From NCBI GenBank assembly GCA_964036045.1, contig OZ038378.1:163928001-163992000 (forward strand): a DNA stretch of 64,000 bases, written 5' to 3'. Source of the stretch: Eutreptiella sp. 'Long Island Sound 2002' (lineage: Eukaryota; Protista; Euglenida). Under the pieces are notes generated by a model. That model was not told the DNA's origin. It worked only from the letters and a program-made list of their open reading frames with translations, and did no database searches. This document shows, piece by piece, positions 58,977 through 64,000 of this stretch. The translations under genes were made by a program, and so were the position numbers. Each line of letters starts with the position of its first letter. The stretch's first letter is position 1.

Positions 58977-59357
58977 CTACCGGGCCTTCCGCGATGCCTC
59001 CAGCTCTTTCGCCAGTTGGTCAACAAATGCGTCGGCTTCACGCTGAAGCTGGCGTTGGTGCTGTCGCCTCATCGTCCTCATCTGCAGCCGCATCGTGGCG
59101 ATGTCATGCTCAAGCTGCTGATTGGCCTCCTGGAGGCGCAGGGCTTCGAGCTCAAGATCGTTCACGGTGTTCTTCCGACGTCGCCGGCCCTTCTTCTTTG
59201 GGACCTGTTGCCCGGATGCTGCCACGCAGGTGTCTTCTTTCAATCGAACAGGACTGTCCTCGAAAGTCTTGGAAGACGACCGCAGAGGGAACTCGCTGGA
59301 GATATTCCTCAGCAACATGTCTGTTGTGCCGCGAGCAGAGGTTCGCACAGCATGCAT
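58977..59357 (-). CDS. bZIP-like ORF, copy 3
   Basis: Frame intact; one visible Q->R change. Confidence 0.5.
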   Translation of the reverse strand: MHAVRTSARGTTDMLLRNISSEFPLRSSSKTFEDSPVRLKEDTCVAASGQQVPKKKGRRRRKNTVNDLELEALRLQEANQQLEHDIATMRLQMRTMRRQHQRQLQREADAFVDQLAKELEASRKAR

Positions 59358-59439
59358 CGGCTGAAGAACATGGGAGAACGGGATGAGGCCGTCATCGTGA
59401 CGGAAATCAGGCACGCAATGCAACACAGACAGCACCAAA

Positions 59440-59745
59440 CTGCAGCCGCCTGAAACTGAAAAAAACGGCCGAAAATAATACAAATGCAGCCGCCCAAAAA
59501 ATTGCCAGAACAGCCAAAAATGATAAAAATGCAGCCGCCTAAAAAATGGCCCAAACGGCCAAAACCAACAAAGATGCAGTCATGCGAAAAAAGGCCAAAA
59601 CGGCCGAAGATAATAGAAATGCAGCCGCCCAAAAATGGCCAATACGGCCGAAAATAACAAAAATGCAGCCGGCCGAAAACGGCGTACACGGCCGAAAATA
59701 ATATAATAAAAAAGCAGCCGCCCAACAAATGGCCTAAATGGCGGG
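59440..59745. repeat. Degenerate ~44-45-bp tandem array, longer form (~7 units)
   Basis: Same core motif recurring about every 45 bp. Confidence 0.85.
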
Positions 59746-60789
59746 GGAAGACACGCGCTGCAGATGGCAAGCAGTGAATCAATCAAACGGGGCTGGGATT
59801 CATTCAGCCCGACTTCATCAGGAACACCCGATAAGCTACACTTGTGTGCCACTGCAACGCACCTCCTTTTGGCTGATAACAAACACCTTCACACTGTTCG
59901 CGAGGCACCCTGTGTGTAAATAGGCGACTGACCCCGTCAAGCGCCGACCTCTCTGCGTATTGTCCACCCACAATTCCACTGGCCCATGACTGCGAGGCTG
60001 AAACTGTGTCCCGCGGGAACAAGTGTGCCGAAGGAACAGGCAAACCACTGCCTGCAGACCACACCCTGCGCCCGGTGCCCAGTGCACCGCCCGGTGGTGC
60101 AGTAGGAGGATGGGTATTAGCCACTTCAGCAGCCCACCTCCCGCGTCTAAGGACGCCCTTGTCTAAGGGACAACCGCCCGTATTCATCTTTGCACCCGCT
60201 TTTCATCCATTCCCCAATCCGATGGCCCACGGAGGCACGACAACCCTAGCCTCGCCCCCTGTTGTGCCTTTTGGATGCAGCAGCTGAGGGTGCAGGGGAA
60301 TGCCCCAGTTGTGAAAACCAAACCTTCATAAACAGTGGCGGGATAGGGATTTCCAGGGGTCTGATCGGGGTTCTTATGCTGTGTGTATGACAGCAACGAC
60401 CCTGGTGGTGCATGGCACACGGGCACAAACCAGCGCAGGGGGGCACACGGCATCCCATCTGTCTGCAATCTGCCCACCAACGATGTAACGGGTGTCTAAT
60501 GGGTGGATAGTGGGTTAGGGTGATGGTAGAGGGCGGGCAAGGGGAGGTAAGGGAACCCTGTGATTGACCAACGCTTGGCCTTGGGGGCACGTAACCCCCA
60601 TATCGCCCCACTTGGAACCCCCCACCCCACCCCAAAAGCCCCTCCTAGAACCCCCATCAGCCCTACCAGAACCCCCCTCCCAAGCCCCCCCCCCCCCCAA
60701 GGGGGCCTCCGGCCAATGGTTAGTGGGGGAGCAATGGTCGGTTCTGATAGACTGAATGTCCCCGCCATAGACACTTTCAGCCATTAGTC

Positions 60790-63700
60790 CAAAGGTTCAC
60801 GTATTGATCACAGCACACAATGTGTCCCCTTCTTGGTTGGGGTGCTCCACTATCTATGTACACCTTTCCGTATGAAGTACAGTGGGTAAATGTTGAACAT
60901 CTACGTGTTTGGTACATTAGGGCGTCCGTTCATTAGTTAGCGTCACCCACCAACGGCAGGCTCTATGCTATTGCATGCTCTCCATTCTCGGGTGCAATGC
61001 ATGGCACTCATTCGGCCTTCCCGTGCATGGAGGCTATTCAGCTTCAAAGGGAAGGTATTACATACAACTGTCATCAGAGGAGCTCTACTCTGAAATTGGT
61101 GGCGACCAATCGCCCTGCAAACTTCTGGATCAAGCCGTAGGGGGAGATCCTCGAAAACGTGATCGGCTTTCTTCATTGGCGATGATTGTTCATGTGTAAA
61201 AAGCAGTGTTCGTGAAACTGAGCTCGTGTTTGCGTCGGGTGAACGCCTCCGCCTTTTGGGTTGTGGGGGGGGGGGGGTCACCTGTGATGTGGTATCGTGT
61301 GCTGGCGTCTGCAGAATTGGGCACAGTGGGTGGGAAACCTTCCATGATCCGCCATGCGTCCAGGTTCATTATTTCCAATGACTTTCACATGTGAGGGCAC
61401 TTTGACAAACTTGATCGACCGCAGGTGGATTCGGAGTGTTTCGAGGAGAATCTCCTAGAGAGGTGCATTTGACACGGGTCCTTTGCTCCCTACCCACCTG
61501 TGTGCAGCTCCTGTCACTCCCAGAATTACGTAATCACTATCCGTGCCAATAGCAATCTTCCCAGAAGTAAAAATTTGCAGTGCACGGATGGTCACCAAAA
61601 TTGTTCGTCTGTGGAAAATTTACAAGGACATAAGCTGCAATGCTGATATCCGGGTGTGCACAGATGCCATAACCCGCCATCCTACCAACACCATCCATTT
61701 CTGTTGATGAACCATCTAGAAAGACCAGGGTATATCCGTCCAACCGCAGTGAATCAAAATTTCCCTCTAGCTCCACCGCCGCTGGTGTTTGCGCTATTGA
61801 CGCGTTGTTTCTTTAAGTTTTGCTTTGCTGGGTGGGAGGGGGGGTCATCTTGAGGTATGGGTGCTGCAAGACACCGTCTTGTAATGATGCTTGCAGTGCA
61901 TTGCTGAAAAGCTTTAATTCTTGCTTATAGATAGGGATGCGCTCAAGGGTAGTAGACCACAGTTGGAGCGTGTTAATCCACAAAGATACAAAATGGGACC
62001 AATTGGCAGCATATTGGGGCTGATGCTTTTTCTTCCGCCCGATGAGCTAGTTAGCGTACACTGCTGCGCACGTGAGAAAACTGCTGGGCTCGCAAATGAT
62101 TCCAGTAACAATGCTGTGAGGAGAGCTGGTGGGAACTCTGCTTCCGCTGCTGCAGGCATACACTTTCAAATTGTGTTGAAGGCTACTCTAAGCAAAGAAC
62201 ACTGCGTTGAAGCATGATCCATAGTCTCCAATTCCCAGTCTATGGGACACCAGACATCGTCTAGTTTCCAGTTTTTTGGCGTTCCCTATCGAAAGGCGGC
62301 ACCACACTACGTGTCTGATAAAATCAGCATGATAAGATGGCACACCAAAACCTTCCACACTTCTTGTGTCTGTCCCCGAGGCAGTGAATTGGGGGAGCAG
62401 CGGAAAAGTGCCATCTGTTTAACCGTCCAGCGTGACCAAACATCTGCTGATGGGATGGGGGGGGGGGGGGGGACTGGGGTTTCCTTGGTGGTTCCGAGGG
62501 TGTTCCGAGGGTGTTCCCTGTGATGCTGAGTAGTGCCAGATGCCGTCCCGATAGAGTGAGGTCCAAGTATGCGCGATGTGTGTGATTGATTTGTCCGCTT
62601 CCAAGAGGTGCCCCACTGTGTTGACCCCTTCTCTGATCAACTGGGGATAAAAATATGTGAGCGACCGTTAGTTACGAAATAGACTGTTATGCCACAAGGG
62701 GGTGTCATAAGATAGAAGCTCTGTTTTTGAAAATGGACCTTATGGAACACAATGGAGAAAGCCCGTGCACTCCAAGCTAGGTAGGGCATTCATTGCCACA
62801 CAACATTACTGCCCACCAAGAATAACGGGAGCGACACTGGACTAAATGCCTAGCTCACTGGCAAACCTTTCATAAGGCGCCGTAATGCAACCTGGGATTA
62901 CCTCAGTTCTGTGGACATGTCGTACAAAAAGGGGGGAAATGCTATAGCATGAACGCGGAGGGTGAGGCCAGGTCCATGCCTCTGCTCCTTAGAATGGGAT
63001 GGTTCGTGGGGCCACGAGGCAACGGATACTGGGCTCGCATACGCCCCCGTGTCACAGGCGCATGGTCATCACCACACCCAGTTCAATGTTTTGCCTTGCT
63101 GCACTGCATCGCAAACCAGATCAATGCCGCATGCTGCCTTGCGTTCGCCACTCCAGGTGGCTATCGAAAGTTCTTAAGCTGTTTGGGTCAGCTCGCTCCG
63201 ACCACCCTCCCACAGCGCCGATTAGTCTCAAACCTCTCGCTCTGTGGGCCTCTCTCTCTGTGTGTGCTTCTTTCTCTTCGCCAAGGGGGTATGTCTTCCT
63301 CTTCGCCCTCCCAAGGGGGTTTCTCTTCCTCTTCGCCCTCCCCACGGGTTTCTCTCTGTCCCTCTCTTCCCTTGTTCTCTGCCTCGTCTTACCCCCCCCC
63401 CTGCTTGCCCGTGCTACTCAGGCGCACCGCCGTTCGCACGGCGGCGTGCTCAGCAGCGTGTAGAGGAACCTTACAGCGTCCCCTGTGACCGGGTTTGCCT
63501 GCCTGAAGAGCGTTCTCTGAAACAGACTTATCAGATCAGCTCGGCCCGTCAACCACACGTGCAGGCAGTCTCCATTCCTACTCACTGAGGAGGGACCACC
63601 CTTGTGGCCCTCCGCCGTTGGACAGTGTAGGATCGCCTCCCACTGAAACGGGTGCCACTTGCCCACACTCTTGGGCTGCCACTCAATCTGCATATTCGTC

Positions 63701-64000
63701 AGGGCCCGAGTCTTCAGGGTCCAGTTGAGTTGGACCATCACCGAGTAGAGCTCCTGATTGCTCATCAGCAACGGCTCCCCGTGGCTGTCCACAATTTCAC
63801 AGTGCATCCTCGTGTTGTGAGGTTGATCCAGTCGAAGCCAGATTTTCTGGTTCCGGGCCCAGGCCATGGTTTCCAGCTCCGAGTTGATAATCCTCACCCC
63901 CTCCTCCGCTATGGCGTCTAGCTGAATCAGTGCTTGTACTTTGAAACTCTGTCGTGCTTGCTGGGGCTTGATTTTCTTTGGAGATGGGCTGACTTGCGTG
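60790..64000 (-). mobile_element. LINE-A remnant, copy 3 (most complete; runs off the window)
   Basis: RNase H ~61350-61776, zf motif 62199-62252, extra ORF2 remnant 62460-63000 (IREGVNTVGHLL), ORF1-like 63418-64000. Confidence 0.7.

Larger units (their letters stand above)
44459..64000. repeat. Higher-order tandem super-unit S3 (>=19.5 kb, runs off the window): head + T1'',T2'' + X''(+YR retrotransposon)
   Basis: Same modules; retains segments missing in S1/S2 (59750-60650; also 62460-63005). Confidence 0.9.

Overview
Eukaryotic, transposon-saturated DNA with no clear intact host gene; a euglenozoan origin is suggested by element type (inference). 1-10.3 kb is GC-rich, low-complexity sequence with mini/microsatellites and small TIR elements. 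From 10.3 kb to the end there is a higher-order tandem amplification of three super-units (S1 10289-27607, S2 27608-44458, S3 44459->64000). Each holds a decayed plus-strand LINE RT head, 2-3 tandem 2.8-4.5 kb 'T units' (7 in total) and an 'X' segment with a bZIP-like ORF and a decayed minus-strand RNase H-bearing LINE. Two young insertions sit on top: a 5'-truncated RNase H LINE (33260-35478, 15-bp TSD) and a near-intact 5.16-kb tyrosine-recombinase retrotransposon in gag-YR-RT/RNaseH order (VIPER/TATE-like; 51959-57120). The latter has identical split direct repeats, a GTT crossover visible against three empty sites, and Gag and YR in one frame separated by a single TGA. A non-autonomous TIR family with shared ends carries three unrelated coding cargos (4171-4859, 11894-12607 x7, 26299-27075). 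All alignments were done by eye; no database searches were run.
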